The notes beneath the pieces are model-generated. The model did not search any database and had not been told where the DNA came from. It worked only from the letters and a program-made list of their open reading frames with translations. Of a stretch of 64,000 nt of DNA, positions 1 through 9,873 are shown piece after piece. The DNA lies in NCBI GenBank assembly GCA_041686735.1, contig JAWLDF010000004.1:69185-133184 (forward strand), in the 5' to 3' direction. The stretch comes from Bacilli bacterium (GTDB taxonomy: Bacteria > Bacillota > Bacilli > JACDOE01). Each line of letters starts with the position of its first letter. Positions within the stretch are counted from its first letter, which is position 1. The position numbers and the translations under genes were made by a program.

Positions 1-1
1 A

Positions 2-142
2 TTGAAACAGATTGATTTCGTAGGATTTGATCTGGTGGAAGTTTTGCCCTCTTTTGATCACGGGCAGGTAACGGCGATGGCGGCAGCCAATATTGTATAT
101 GAATTCATTACGTTAATCGCTTTAATGAAAAAATTAACCTGA
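2..142 (+). CDS. 3' end of an arginase/agmatinase (ureohydrolase) family gene; the 5' part lies outside the window.
   Basis: The frame-2 ORF with no start reads ...FDLVEVLPSFDHGQVTAMAAANIVYEFITLIALMKKLT*, which resembles the conserved C-terminus of arginase-family enzymes. It stops at 140-142, just upstream of the RBS for the next gene. Confidence 0.45.
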   Translation: MKQIDFVGFDLVEVLPSFDHGQVTAMAAANIVYEFITLIALMKKLT

Positions 143-158
143 TAAAGGGGAGATTTGA

Positions 159-1514
159 ATGGCAAGCTTTGTCAATCAATTGGGGAATGATAATATTCAA
201 CCCACGCCGCAACATCAGCGCACGATGAATTTTTTCAGTACGTTTACATTGTGGCTGGCGGCGAATGTGGTCATTACGAGTGTATTGACGGGGATGTTTT
301 TCGTTCCCGACATTTCATACCTTGAATCGCTGTGGGTAATATTTCTCGGATCAGCCATCGGAGCTGTTCCGCTGGCTTTGATGGGACGTATAGGAACACG
401 CACCGGTTTGCCGACGATGGTAATCACACGGGCGGCATTCGGACAAAAAGGGGCGATTTTACCTGCCATTGTCAATACGATTGTCCTGATTGGCTGGAGT
501 TGGATCCAGGCCTATATGGCTGGCTTAAGCCTTAACTACGCTGTGGAATACATTTCCGGATACAGCAACATCAATTTATTTACCATTATTACGGAAGTCC
601 TTGTGGTGGCAATTACCATTTACGGTCACAGAGGAGTAGAAAAAACGGAAAGACTGGTCTCAATCGCGATGTTGATCCTGTCATTTGCTGTATTTTATAA
701 ATTGTTTACAACCTACAATACAGGGGAATTAATTCAGATGAAATTGAGTGATAATCCGGCCATTACCGCTGTGATTGCATTTGATATTGTCGTAGCTACC
801 GCCTTTTCCTGGATGTCTTCGGTGAGCGATTTTAACCGCAATTGCAAGTCAGAAAAAAGCGGGATGTACGGAACATTTTTCGGATATGTACTTGCTTCGC
901 TGATCGCAATGGGATTGGGAGCCACCGTCAGCGGTTTCAGTATTCTCGCCGGTATGGAGCAGACCTATGATCCGACAGTTATTCTCGCTGCACACGGATT
1001 CGGCTTGGTTGCTTCGATTGTGGTCTTCTTTTCCGTATTATCTACCAACGTGATGGCACTATACAGCGCAACCATGTCCTTCTTGAATGTTATACCGCGA
1101 TTCAGTTTCTGGCGTTCCGCTCTCATCATCGGGATCATCTGTACGCTGGGTGCTCTGCTGAAAGAAGCATTGATGACCAACTTCTTTGATTTTGTATTAA
1201 TGATTGCTACCCTGTTTATACCGGTATTCGCGATTGTGCTGGTGGACTTTTTTATCGTGAAGAAGGGTCACTATGACAGTGAAGAGATTGCCAATAATCA
1301 AAAAGGACTGTATCAGTATTCCGGAGGATTTAATGTTCCCTCATATGTCGCTTATATTGCCGGAGCGGTCTTTGCTTACTACTTTACCTATGTTCACCCC
1401 CTGTCAATCGGTTCGACAATTCTCACATTTTTAGTATCCGGCATGGTATACTGGGTATTGATGAAGGTGAACGGTAATATGTCGGTTACACCGGATGTGA
1501 AACAGGAGGCGTAA
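159..1514 (+). CDS. NCS1-family nucleobase-cation symporter (cytosine/purine/uracil/allantoin-type permease).
   Basis: 451 aa with 12 predicted TM segments. The N-terminal TM1/TM3 patterning fits NCS1 (...FFSTFTLWLAANVVITSV...GWSWIQAY...). RBS AAGGGGAG lies 6 nt upstream. Confidence 0.8.
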   Translation: MASFVNQLGNDNIQPTPQHQRTMNFFSTFTLWLAANVVITSVLTGMFFVPDISYLESLWVIFLGSAIGAVPLALMGRIGTRTGLPTMVITRAAFGQKGAILPAIVNTIVLIGWSWIQAYMAGLSLNYAVEYISGYSNINLFTIITEVLVVAITIYGHRGVEKTERLVSIAMLILSFAVFYKLFTTYNTGELIQMKLSDNPAITAVIAFDIVVATAFSWMSSVSDFNRNCKSEKSGMYGTFFGYVLASLIAMGLGATVSGFSILAGMEQTYDPTVILAAHGFGLVASIVVFFSVLSTNVMALYSATMSFLNVIPRFSFWRSALIIGIICTLGALLKEALMTNFFDFVLMIATLFIPVFAIVLVDFFIVKKGHYDSEEIANNQKGLYQYSGGFNVPSYVAYIAGAVFAYYFTYVHPLSIGSTILTFLVSGMVYWVLMKVNGNMSVTPDVKQEA

Positions 1515-1518
1515 ATCA

Positions 1519-2316
1519 TTGGTTTCAACTTATAAAATCGGTGTGGTGCAAACCTCATTCGAAAACGGAAATGTGCCAAAAAACCTGAAGCATATGAGAT
1601 GGTGGGCGGAGGAAAGCAAACGGCTTCACCCGGATTTGCGGTTACTGGTATTTCCCGAACTATCATCGACGGGCTATTATTTATCCTCCCAGCTTATCTC
1701 TTTATCGGAAAGAAAAGACGGTCCGATTTTTCAATACATGTCACAGACGGCGAAGGATTTTGATTTGTACATTTGTTACGGATATCCGGAAAAAGGGGAG
1801 CAGGGTAAACTCTATAACTCCGTGATGCTCGTCAGTCCGGAGGGGAAGGAAGTTGCCAATTACCGTAAAATCCATATTACTTCGATGGAAACGGGAATCT
1901 TTTATCCGGGAGACGATTTTATTTCCGAACAGACTGAACTTGGGCGCATCGGACTCATGATTTGTTGGGACCTGGCTTTTCCGGAGACCGCACGCATTCT
2001 GGCTGCCCAGGGTTCCGATCTAATATTATCACCGAGCGCGTGGGAGCACCCGTATCAGACACCGTATCAACGTTTTGCCATGGCACGGGCAATCGATAAC
2101 AGTGTCTATCTGGCCACATCCAATCATATCGGGCAATCCGATGATTTGAAATTCTTTGGTTTATCAACCGTTTATTGTCCTGACGGAACGGTGATGAATC
2201 AGGTCGATGAAGGAAAAGAAGGACTCGCTGTAGTGGAAATTGATATGCAAAAAAGAGAAGAATTAAAGCAATCCTTTTATACGATGTTATCTGAGCGAAG
2301 AACGGATTTATATTGA
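1519..2316 (+). CDS. Carbon-nitrogen hydrolase (nitrilase/amidase superfamily).
   Basis: It has the CN-hydrolase fold signatures (...RLLVFPELSSTGY..., ...RKIHI..., ...GLMICWDLAFPE... with a catalytic Cys). It has a TTG start with GGAGG 9 nt upstream and is 4 nt from the previous stop, indicating an operon. Confidence 0.8.
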   Translation: MVSTYKIGVVQTSFENGNVPKNLKHMRWWAEESKRLHPDLRLLVFPELSSTGYYLSSQLISLSERKDGPIFQYMSQTAKDFDLYICYGYPEKGEQGKLYNSVMLVSPEGKEVANYRKIHITSMETGIFYPGDDFISEQTELGRIGLMICWDLAFPETARILAAQGSDLILSPSAWEHPYQTPYQRFAMARAIDNSVYLATSNHIGQSDDLKFFGLSTVYCPDGTVMNQVDEGKEGLAVVEIDMQKREELKQSFYTMLSERRTDLY

Positions 2317-2325
2317 GGTGATGAA

Positions 2326-2982
2326 ATGGTTTCAGTAAAGAAAATTGTTGATTTGTCCATTCCCATCACCAATGATACCCCTATTTATCCGGGAGATCCG
2401 AAGTTGAGTATTCGTCCGGCCACAACGATTGAACAGGATGGATATAGTGTTCATTACCTGCATATCGGATCTCACACGGGCACGCATGTCGATGCTCCTT
2501 CCCATTTTCAGAAGGATGGAGCCACCATGGATGAGTCGGATTTGCATCTGTTTATCGGACGCGGTGTGGTGATTGACGTGACCGGAAAAAGTGAACAGGA
2601 AGCAATTGTTGTCGAGGATGTGGCACCTTACCTTGCTCAGTTGAAGGAAGGAGATATCGCGTTGATTCATACGGGGTGGTCACAGTACCTCGGAGAAGAA
2701 AAGTATTTCCGGCATCCGTATATGACCGGTGAAGCGGTTGATGCCATGTTGGAAAAAGGGGTGCGTACGTTTTTAATCGATGCACTGAATATTGATTTAA
2801 CCGGAGGGGATGAATATCCGGCCCATGAGAAGATCACAGCGGTTAACGGAATCATCGGCGAAAACTTTGTTCACTTTGACCGCATCGATTTTCCCGATCC
2901 TCTCATTTCGGCTTTTCCGTTAAAAATCAAGGGGTGTGACGGATCACCGGTAAGAGCAGTCGCCATTCAAATCGGATCATGA
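2326..2982 (+). CDS. Cyclase-family protein (arylformamidase/kynurenine-formamidase-like).
   Basis: It carries the HxGTHxDxPxH metal-binding motif (HIGSHTGTHVDAPSHF) typical of the putative cyclase/KynB family. RBS GAGGTGA. A terminator hairpin follows the stop. Confidence 0.75.
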   Translation: MVSVKKIVDLSIPITNDTPIYPGDPKLSIRPATTIEQDGYSVHYLHIGSHTGTHVDAPSHFQKDGATMDESDLHLFIGRGVVIDVTGKSEQEAIVVEDVAPYLAQLKEGDIALIHTGWSQYLGEEKYFRHPYMTGEAVDAMLEKGVRTFLIDALNIDLTGGDEYPAHEKITAVNGIIGENFVHFDRIDFPDPLISAFPLKIKGCDGSPVRAVAIQIGS

Positions 2983-3000
2983 ATAAATTCAGTTTGCGAA

Positions 3001-3035
3001 GATCCCGATGGGTTGGAACGGGATCTTTTATTGTT
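3001..3035 (+). terminator. Rho-independent terminator for the permease-hydrolase-cyclase operon.
   Basis: Hairpin GATCCCG-ATGGGTTGGAA-CGGGATC followed by TTTTATTGTT. Confidence 0.6.
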
Positions 3036-3102
3036 GACGGGATCAGGTATAATACAGATATAGTTTTTCGGATCGACGGACAACGGGAGGGGTGAAACCG
3101 GT

Positions 3103-3891
3103 TTGCAAAAAAATGTGATTGATCATGTCGGGCGCAGGCTCAGCTTTTCTTTTCCGCCGCAGCGGATCGTTTCCCTGTGTCCCTCCATCACACGGACTTT
3201 ATTTGATCTGGGCCTGGGTCAACGGGTGCTGGGGAGAACGCAGTTTTGCATACATCCTGCCGGGGATGTAAAAAAGGCGGCTGTGGTAGGCGGAACCAAG
3301 CAGGTGAAATATGAACGGATCGATGAGATCCGTCCGGATTTGATCATCGCTGAAAAAGAAGAGAATCCGCGGGAAATGGTGGAGCGATTAGCCGATTCTT
3401 ATCCCGTCTATGTTGCGGATGTAGAGAATGTGGCGGATGCCCTTCATATGATCCGTGATCTTGGAGAAATCACGGATTGCAGAACGGAAGCGGATCATCT
3501 GGCGGATAAAATTGATCGTTTGTTTCGAACACTTCCTGATTTTTCACCACGAAAAGCGGCTTATTTTATCTGGCAAAATCCTTATATGGCAGCGGGAAAA
3601 AATACTTTTATTCACGATATGATGCAGTATGCAGGTTTGAGGAATGTGTTTGCTCATAAAAAAGAGAGATACCCGCAGGTTACGAAGGATGAAGTGCGTA
3701 AAGCTGCACCCGATGTCATTATTCTGTCATCGGAGCCATTTCCTTTTAAGGAATCACACAGACAGGAATTTTTAAAGGAATTGCCTAAGGGCACAAGCGT
3801 CCTGCTGGCTGACGGGGAAGTTTTCAGTTGGTACGGGTCGAAAATGTTGGATGCCCCGGATTATTTTATTGATTTACGTTCACGCATGTAA
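3103..3891 (+). CDS. Periplasmic-binding-protein-like protein (class III SBP, Fe-siderophore/cobalamin type, TroA/BtuF fold) with no signal peptide.
   Basis: 262 aa. The ...RIVSLCPSITRTLFDLGLGQRVLG... and ...DLIIAE..., ...PDVIILS... blocks are typical of ABC 'helical backbone' substrate-binding proteins. It has no N-terminal signal or lipobox and uses a TTG start. Confidence 0.5.
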   Translation: MQKNVIDHVGRRLSFSFPPQRIVSLCPSITRTLFDLGLGQRVLGRTQFCIHPAGDVKKAAVVGGTKQVKYERIDEIRPDLIIAEKEENPREMVERLADSYPVYVADVENVADALHMIRDLGEITDCRTEADHLADKIDRLFRTLPDFSPRKAAYFIWQNPYMAAGKNTFIHDMMQYAGLRNVFAHKKERYPQVTKDEVRKAAPDVIILSSEPFPFKESHRQEFLKELPKGTSVLLADGEVFSWYGSKMLDAPDYFIDLRSRM

Positions 3892-3945
3892 TCATATCCC
3901 ATTGATTTCGGCAATTGAGTTGTAACATAGAAAGGATCATCAGAC

Positions 3946-5319
3946 ATGGTTAGCGATCGTATTAAAAGTTATCTTATATTATCAATGGCTGCACTTTACC
4001 TGGTTCATTCTTTTTTACCGTTCCGTTTTTTGTATATCATGCTGGCTTTGATTACGATGGTCGTATTTGTCATCAATGTCCCCGGTACCCGTCCGGCTCC
4101 TAAATATTTTAGCCTTCTGATGTTTACCGTTGGTTTGATCATTCATATTCAAATGGGGCGGAGCCTTGACTTATGGATGGACAGTGTGGTCACCAATGTA
4201 CCGCTGATTACACTGATCATGCTGGTTCCGCTCATATCGATCCCTCTAAAAATGGGGGGATATATCAATTCGGTTCATGAGTACATGATTCGTTTGGCAC
4301 AGCGGCCCCGCAAATTGTTTATGGGAATCACTTTTTTTCTTTTTTCTCTCGGACCGGTGTTGAATCTGGGTTCGATTCGTCTGATTCATGAGATTGTGCA
4401 GGATTTGAACATGAAGAGTTCATTTCTGGCACGGGCCTATTTGACCGGTTTTTCAACCGTTATTCTGTGGTCACCCTATTTCGCGTCTGTGGCGCTGGTT
4501 TTGTATTACCTGGACATTCCCGTATCTGCCTATATACCGGTGGGATTGCCCCTTGCTTTTATGCAATGGATCATCGGCAATCTTATTTTCCGAATCATCG
4601 CATGTAAGAAGAAGGTTCCGTCGGCCACGGAGGAGAGCAATGCTGTTCCGGATAATCCCGTTTCCTCTTATCATCGTCGTCATATTCAGCAATTGGCCGT
4701 GTTGATTCTTCTGTTGATGGCGATTGTTTTATTGATGGAAACGTTGACCGGATGGCCGATGATGTTACTGGTCAGTCTGGTGGCCATCTTGTTTCCGCTG
4801 GTATGGTTATTGTTTGACCGCCGCTTCACGGAGTGGAAAACACATTTGGAACAGTTTCGTGATCAATCCGTTCCCCGTACCAACAATGAAATTGTGATGT
4901 TTATCAGTGCCGGAGTTTTCGGAAAAGCACTTACAGGAACAGTGGTGGCGGATATGATCAGTACAGCGGTACAACAGTTGTCCTCCGTATCGTTTCTTTT
5001 ACTGGCGCTGGCGATTGTTCTGGTCATGTTTGTTTTGACATTCATGGGGATCCATCCTATAGTGATCGTGATTCCATTACTGACCCAGATCGATCCTGTG
5101 ATTGCGGGAGCGACACCTGCAGCTCTGGCACTTGTGTTTATGCTGGCCTGGTCCATTTCTGCCGTATCCAGTCCGGTGAATCCGCTTAATCTCCTTGTGA
5201 GCGGATCGGTGAACGAATCAGCCATTCGAACCGGGGTCAAATGGAATGGATACTACCTTTTGTCGATGCTTCTAATAGGAATGGCGTATATCTATCTTAT
5301 CAATTCGTTTGCCGCTTAA
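3946..5319 (+). CDS. Polytopic integral membrane protein of unknown function (possible transporter).
   Basis: 457 aa with about 12 hydrophobic segments. I recognise no catalytic motifs. Confidence 0.45.
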   Translation: MVSDRIKSYLILSMAALYLVHSFLPFRFLYIMLALITMVVFVINVPGTRPAPKYFSLLMFTVGLIIHIQMGRSLDLWMDSVVTNVPLITLIMLVPLISIPLKMGGYINSVHEYMIRLAQRPRKLFMGITFFLFSLGPVLNLGSIRLIHEIVQDLNMKSSFLARAYLTGFSTVILWSPYFASVALVLYYLDIPVSAYIPVGLPLAFMQWIIGNLIFRIIACKKKVPSATEESNAVPDNPVSSYHRRHIQQLAVLILLLMAIVLLMETLTGWPMMLLVSLVAILFPLVWLLFDRRFTEWKTHLEQFRDQSVPRTNNEIVMFISAGVFGKALTGTVVADMISTAVQQLSSVSFLLLALAIVLVMFVLTFMGIHPIVIVIPLLTQIDPVIAGATPAALALVFMLAWSISAVSSPVNPLNLLVSGSVNESAIRTGVKWNGYYLLSMLLIGMAYIYLINSFAA

Positions 5320-5332
5320 AACTAAGAATAAG

Positions 5333-5385
5333 AAAAAAGAGTTTCCGTCTCACAAATGAAAACGGAAACTCTCTTTTTCTCTTTT
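5333..5385. terminator. Bidirectional intrinsic terminator.
   Basis: Stem GAGTTTCCGT/ACGGAAACTC flanked by an A-run and a T-run, located between convergent genes. Confidence 0.6.
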
Positions 5386-5393
5386 TCTCTATA

Positions 5394-5759
5394 CTATTTT
5401 TCTTTCAAGGACAGTAAGTAATCTGCAACAGCCGCTTCGTTACCGGGAACCAAACCTTTAGGCATTCCGCCTCGTCCGTTTTTCAGGATATCAACGATTT
5501 CATCTTTACTTAACGCTAGATTGGTTAAATCCGGGGCGGCCGGAGTACCGGTCAAATCGGTACCATGACAACTTAGACATTGTTGCATGTAATCTGGTAA
5601 CTCTCCCTCTGCGGATTGTGCGGTATCACCGCCTGCTCCTTCTGCTTGATTTGCGTTTTCGCCTGCAGTCTCAAGGTAATTCATTCCGACTACCCCGAGC
5701 AATACGGCAACAGCGAATCCAACCGCGAGTATAGAGAAAATGACTTTTACCGGATTCAT
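5394..5759 (-). CDS. cccA: Membrane-anchored cytochrome c (c-550/c-551 type).
   Basis: It has an N-terminal TM helix and a single CxxCH haem motif (CLSCHG). The start was chosen at the internal ATG with GGAGG 8 nt upstream; the longer ORF in the track has no RBS. Confidence 0.7.
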   Translation of the reverse strand: MNPVKVIFSILAVGFAVAVLLGVVGMNYLETAGENANQAEGAGGDTAQSAEGELPDYMQQCLSCHGTDLTGTPAAPDLTNLALSKDEIVDILKNGRGGMPKGLVPGNEAAVADYLLSLKEK

Positions 5760-5865
5760 TATAATGATGCCTCCTCTATCTTTTTTCTCTTTTCTGCACT
5801 TCTCCACTAAACGATTATACCATGATCTCGGCATACGATCTATTGTGATTTCGTGAATTTTCGTG

Positions 5866-6951
5866 TCAGCGGTTCTGAATCCGGCTGTGCCTGCGTGCCA
5901 GCAGGAGATATAATACTAAGATGATCACTTCGAGGATGAGACCGAGAACCGGCCAGGTCCGGGCAGAGTAGTAAAAGTGCGTAATATGATTGTCAAAGAG
6001 CATGATGGATAACAATCCGGAGAGAAGACCAGCCGGGATCAGAAACAACTTAATCCGTTCGTTAAAAATAATTTGGACACATTGCAGGATTCCGTACAAT
6101 GTCAGCCCCATTTTACTAAATAAAGTAGGCACCCAGAAGAAAACAATAATCAGATCGAGCCGGTCCAAAAAGTCCGTAATATTAATCTGTCTGACCAAAA
6201 GATAGCTGGGGTATGTCGTAAATTTGGCAACCACCGCACCCAACACCATAATGGAGGAGATCAGAATGGTCAGGATCAAAAAGATTCCCAGTCCGATTCC
6301 CCATATGACGGATCGGACGGTGTCGGCAGAAGGTTTAATCACACTGACAAATAACAGAATGATCACCCATTCTCCGATCCAGGAAAGTCCGGCAAATCCT
6401 GCTTTAAACACGGCAGGGAGGGTATTTGTCGAAAACAGGGGCATGAGTTTACCCGGTTCAATTTCGTTTAATAACAGAATTGGCAGCACAAGCATAACCA
6501 GAGCCATGACGGTAAAGTAAATATCATTGAACCGGGCGATTACTTCCAAGCCGAGCCAGGCCAAATAAATCAAACAGATGATACTGGCGAATACAATGAT
6601 CTGCGGAGGGGTTTGTTGTAACAGAGCCAATCCCGCAAAATCAGTAAAGCCGCGCAAATCCCGGATCAGAATCAGCATCAAAAAGAGGGCCATGATAACC
6701 GCAAAGATTTTGCTGCCGATTGTCACTGTCCCCTGTTGCGGGATGAGAAACCGGTATTGAGCCGGGCCCTTCCTGATTCCCAGTCCGATCAAAATCAATA
6801 ACGAGGTAAGAATCATCCAGATCGCCGCACTCATCCACACATAATGTAATCCAAAATCGAACATGGCCTGCGGAAGAATTATAAGAAAGGAAGTCATAAT
6901 ATAATTGGCAACCAGCAATGTGGTCTGTAAATTGGAAATTTGAATTTTCAC
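5866..6951 (-). CDS. Spore germination protein, B subunit (GerAB/GerKB family, APC-superfamily permease).
   Basis: 361 aa with 10 TM segments and typical GerxB length. It lies in an operon with GerxA and GerxC. Confidence 0.8.
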   Translation of the reverse strand: MKIQISNLQTTLLVANYIMTSFLIILPQAMFDFGLHYVWMSAAIWMILTSLLILIGLGIRKGPAQYRFLIPQQGTVTIGSKIFAVIMALFLMLILIRDLRGFTDFAGLALLQQTPPQIIVFASIICLIYLAWLGLEVIARFNDIYFTVMALVMLVLPILLLNEIEPGKLMPLFSTNTLPAVFKAGFAGLSWIGEWVIILLFVSVIKPSADTVRSVIWGIGLGIFLILTILISSIMVLGAVVAKFTTYPSYLLVRQINITDFLDRLDLIIVFFWVPTLFSKMGLTLYGILQCVQIIFNERIKLFLIPAGLLSGLLSIMLFDNHITHFYYSARTWPVLGLILEVIILVLYLLLARRHSRIQNR

Positions 6952-7166
6952 TTTAACACCATCCCGGACACTGGTGAAAACCAGTGATTCAGCATATCTA
7001 TGACAAAAAAGAGACTCAGATTCAGACCATAAATGAGGGAAACCCCTGCGGTCAGCATACTGAATAGAATGAAGGCCAGTCTTTCTTTGGGAAATTCATG
7101 CCACCTCTTTCTGCCGATGAAGAAAGTAACGGCTAACCCAACCCATATAATAATGGTTGTCAACAT
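6948..7166 (-). CDS. Small 2-TM membrane protein inside the ger operon (possible accessory D-type subunit).
   Basis: 72 aa, hydrophobic. It sits between GerxC and GerxB, with 4-nt overlaps on both sides suggesting translational coupling. Confidence 0.4.
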   Translation of the reverse strand: MLTTIIIWVGLAVTFFIGRKRWHEFPKERLAFILFSMLTAGVSLIYGLNLSLFFVIDMLNHWFSPVSGMVLK

Positions 7167-7174
7167 GGTGATAT

Positions 7175-8341
7175 CTACTCCCTTTTTCCGAATCCTTTAC
7201 TGGTAAATCCCGACTGGTCGATAAGAAACTTTACTTGAATGTTTGTATGGAGATCAGTCAATAGCTCACTCCACTTATCTTTCCATTGTTCCCAGAGGTG
7301 GTTGTCGGTTCGAAAAAGATGCAGTCCAAGACCGAAAGAATCTAAACCGCGTTTTAAACTTGCTTCAAGAACGGATTCGATCTGACTTTGAATTGTTGAC
7401 TCCAGATTCTTTTCGATTCTATGAATGATATCGGGATTTTCTAAATTAAGGAAAGTGCTGTCCTCAAGAATAAATCCGGTTGCCTCAACTGAAATATTGA
7501 AAACGGGTTTCCCGTTTTTAACGGTATGTTTCAAATTCATTTTGGAGGAATCAATTCTCACACCGATTTCCGTCTCATCTTCGAGCGGAAAGGTTGTTGA
7601 TTTTCCTTTCATTCTCTCAGTCAACCAAAAAACACCCATCGTTTGTTTGGCATCGGTGATCATGGATAGTCGATTTTCTTTAAAAAGTGCAACATGATGG
7701 ATTTGCAGTTCTTTTTTTTGTTCCCCGGGGTTATGATTATCCGTCGTTATCGTTTCCACGACAGGTAAAATCGGATCACTGCCCTGTCTTTCAAAGGCGT
7801 ATATAAAATCTTTCATCCTGATATTGATTCCCGACTTGGCAATCTCCCGCATCGCTTCGGCAGGCACACTTTCCAAATGAGGCTGTGAATTGAGAATGTC
7901 AAGAGCATCGCCTCTTGCTACCAGCAGATATGTCGTCAGGCGGGATTCAGGATATCTGGCAATCACGTCCATGATACTGCTGATTCCCTTTCTTGCAAAA
8001 TCTTCACCGATGACAAGTACTCTTTCATGGGCGAAAAAGAGCCGTCGAGACATTCTCATTTGCATCTTTTCATAGGCTTCACTTAGATTTCGACCGGTTT
8101 CACTATCCACATAAAAAGATTTGTCCCCTCCTGTCCCTCCCCCTCCTCCACCGGACCCTGCCCCGCCCATTTGCCCGGGCAGAGGAATTTGTGTCGATAC
8201 CCGGAAAAGTCCGTCTTCGGCTAAATCAAAACCTGAAGCGGCTACAATGGCAATGTCATTGATCTCAACACGATCCCAGCAGCCACTTAAGATTGTCATT
8301 GAAACCGATAGCATGATGGATATCAAGATGCGTTTTTTCAA
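7175..8341 (-). CDS. Spore germination protein, C subunit (GerAC/GerKC family lipoprotein).
   Basis: It has a signal peptide with lipobox LSGC followed by a Gly-rich linker. Length and position are typical of GerxC. Confidence 0.85.
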   Translation of the reverse strand: MKKRILISIMLSVSMTILSGCWDRVEINDIAIVAASGFDLAEDGLFRVSTQIPLPGQMGGAGSGGGGGGTGGDKSFYVDSETGRNLSEAYEKMQMRMSRRLFFAHERVLVIGEDFARKGISSIMDVIARYPESRLTTYLLVARGDALDILNSQPHLESVPAEAMREIAKSGINIRMKDFIYAFERQGSDPILPVVETITTDNHNPGEQKKELQIHHVALFKENRLSMITDAKQTMGVFWLTERMKGKSTTFPLEDETEIGVRIDSSKMNLKHTVKNGKPVFNISVEATGFILEDSTFLNLENPDIIHRIEKNLESTIQSQIESVLEASLKRGLDSFGLGLHLFRTDNHLWEQWKDKWSELLTDLHTNIQVKFLIDQSGFTSKGFGKRE

Positions 8342-9873
8342 GAGTCCTGCTCTCCTTTTGTGAGATTCTGTTGATTTTGAGGATAAAGGTCCCCGCTTTC
8401 TCGTTTCAAGTTACCTCCCACTACATGTTTGGGACGATATTTCATTGACCACCATGGTGCCCTGATGAATACATCTTTTAATTCATTGAGAGATAACGGG
8501 GCTACGGGTGCAAGATAGGGAACACCGAATGAACGTTGTTTGCATAGATGGGTGGTTAAAAGAATCAGTCCCACCAGAATCCCGAACAATCCCATTGTAG
8601 CTGCGAGAAGCATCATCGGAAACCGCAGAAGCCGGATGGATATCGCCAGGTTAAAACGGGGTATGGTAAAAGAAGCGATTCCGGTGATCGATACGATAAT
8701 GACCATGGGTGCGGATACAATACCGGCCTGAACAGCAGCCTGTCCGATAACAAGTGCACCGAGAATACTGACGGCCTGACCGATTGTCCTCGGAAGTCGC
8801 ACCCCCGCTTCCCGCAAAGCTTCAAAGGAAATTTCCATGATCAGGGCTTCAACAAAAGCCGGAAAAGGGATTACCTCACGACTGGATGCAACACTGAACA
8901 AAAGTGACGTTGGCAGCATCTCCTGATGATAAGTGGTTACTGCGATATAAATCGCCGGTAAAAACAAAGCAATAATGATAAAGAAGAGACGTAACCATCG
9001 TAAAAAAATAGAAATATAAAAGCGTTCGTAATAATCCTCACTTGCCTGCAACAGTTGCCAGAAGGTCGAGGGGATGATCAGTGAAAACGGTGTTCCGTCG
9101 AGCAAAATGGCAACCCGTCCTTCAAGCAGATTGGCAGCTACGGTATCGGGTCGTTCCGTATTTTGAATTTGCGGAAACAAGGACCACGGATTATCTTCAA
9201 TCAGTTCCTCAATATAACCGGTCTCCAGCACCCCGTCGATGTGGATGCGGTTGAGGCGATTTTCAATCTCTTTCAGTAATGTGGGACTGGCCAGTCCATC
9301 CACATATAAAATGGCCAGACTTGTATTTGTATAAGCTCCGACTTTCATTGATTTGATCTTCAGATTAGGGGTCCGTAATTTTCTTCGTACCATCGAGGTG
9401 TTAACCCGCAAATTTTCGGTAAAACCTTCGCGCGGACCGCGAATGGCGGTTTCCGTGTCCGGTTCGGAAACAGAACGTTGTTCTCCTCCCTTGGCGTCAA
9501 AGATGATCGCCTGATCATACCGGTCGATGAGAAGCACTGTATTGCCGTCGAGAATGTGACCGATCAATTCTTCCATTTTTTCAGTTTTATTTACCTGAGC
9601 GATGGATTGCATTTGTTCTTCCACATCGCGCAGAGTGTACCTGTGATCATCCTGTTCCGTCAACAGTTGATACAATGCGTTTATTTGAATGCTGTCCGTA
9701 TTGACCAGACCATCGATAAAAATCAGTTCTGCACGCTGTCCGTCAATCTGAAAGGCACGATAGACCACGTCCGTACTTTCAACGAACAAATTCTTGATGT
9801 ATTCTATATTTTTCACGATGCTGCGATAAATTTTTGTGTCTGCTTCCTTACCGGTGGAATTGCTTTTAGGCAT
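8338..9873 (-). CDS. Spore germination protein, A subunit (GerAA/GerKA family).
   Basis: It has a hydrophilic N-domain and a C-terminal 5-6 TM block. A-C-B gene order matches gerK. The start was moved to the ATG with GGAGGA 7 nt upstream. Confidence 0.8.
   Translation of the reverse strand: MPKSNSTGKEADTKIYRSIVKNIEYIKNLFVESTDVVYRAFQIDGQRAELIFIDGLVNTDSIQINALYQLLTEQDDHRYTLRDVEEQMQSIAQVNKTEKMEELIGHILDGNTVLLIDRYDQAIIFDAKGGEQRSVSEPDTETAIRGPREGFTENLRVNTSMVRRKLRTPNLKIKSMKVGAYTNTSLAILYVDGLASPTLLKEIENRLNRIHIDGVLETGYIEELIEDNPWSLFPQIQNTERPDTVAANLLEGRVAILLDGTPFSLIIPSTFWQLLQASEDYYERFYISIFLRWLRLFFIIIALFLPAIYIAVTTYHQEMLPTSLLFSVASSREVIPFPAFVEALIMEISFEALREAGVRLPRTIGQAVSILGALVIGQAAVQAGIVSAPMVIIVSITGIASFTIPRFNLAISIRLLRFPMMLLAATMGLFGILVGLILLTTHLCKQRSFGVPYLAPVAPLSLNELKDVFIRAPWWSMKYRPKHVVGGNLKRESGDLYPQNQQNLTKGEQDS

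Noticed and set aside
3034-3053. Apparent sigmaA promoter TTGACG...TATAAT upstream of the binding-protein gene.
   Set aside because: The spacer between the hexamers is only 8 nt, which is incompatible with sigmaA geometry. The TATAAT may pair with a different -35, or the TTGACG may be fortuitous.
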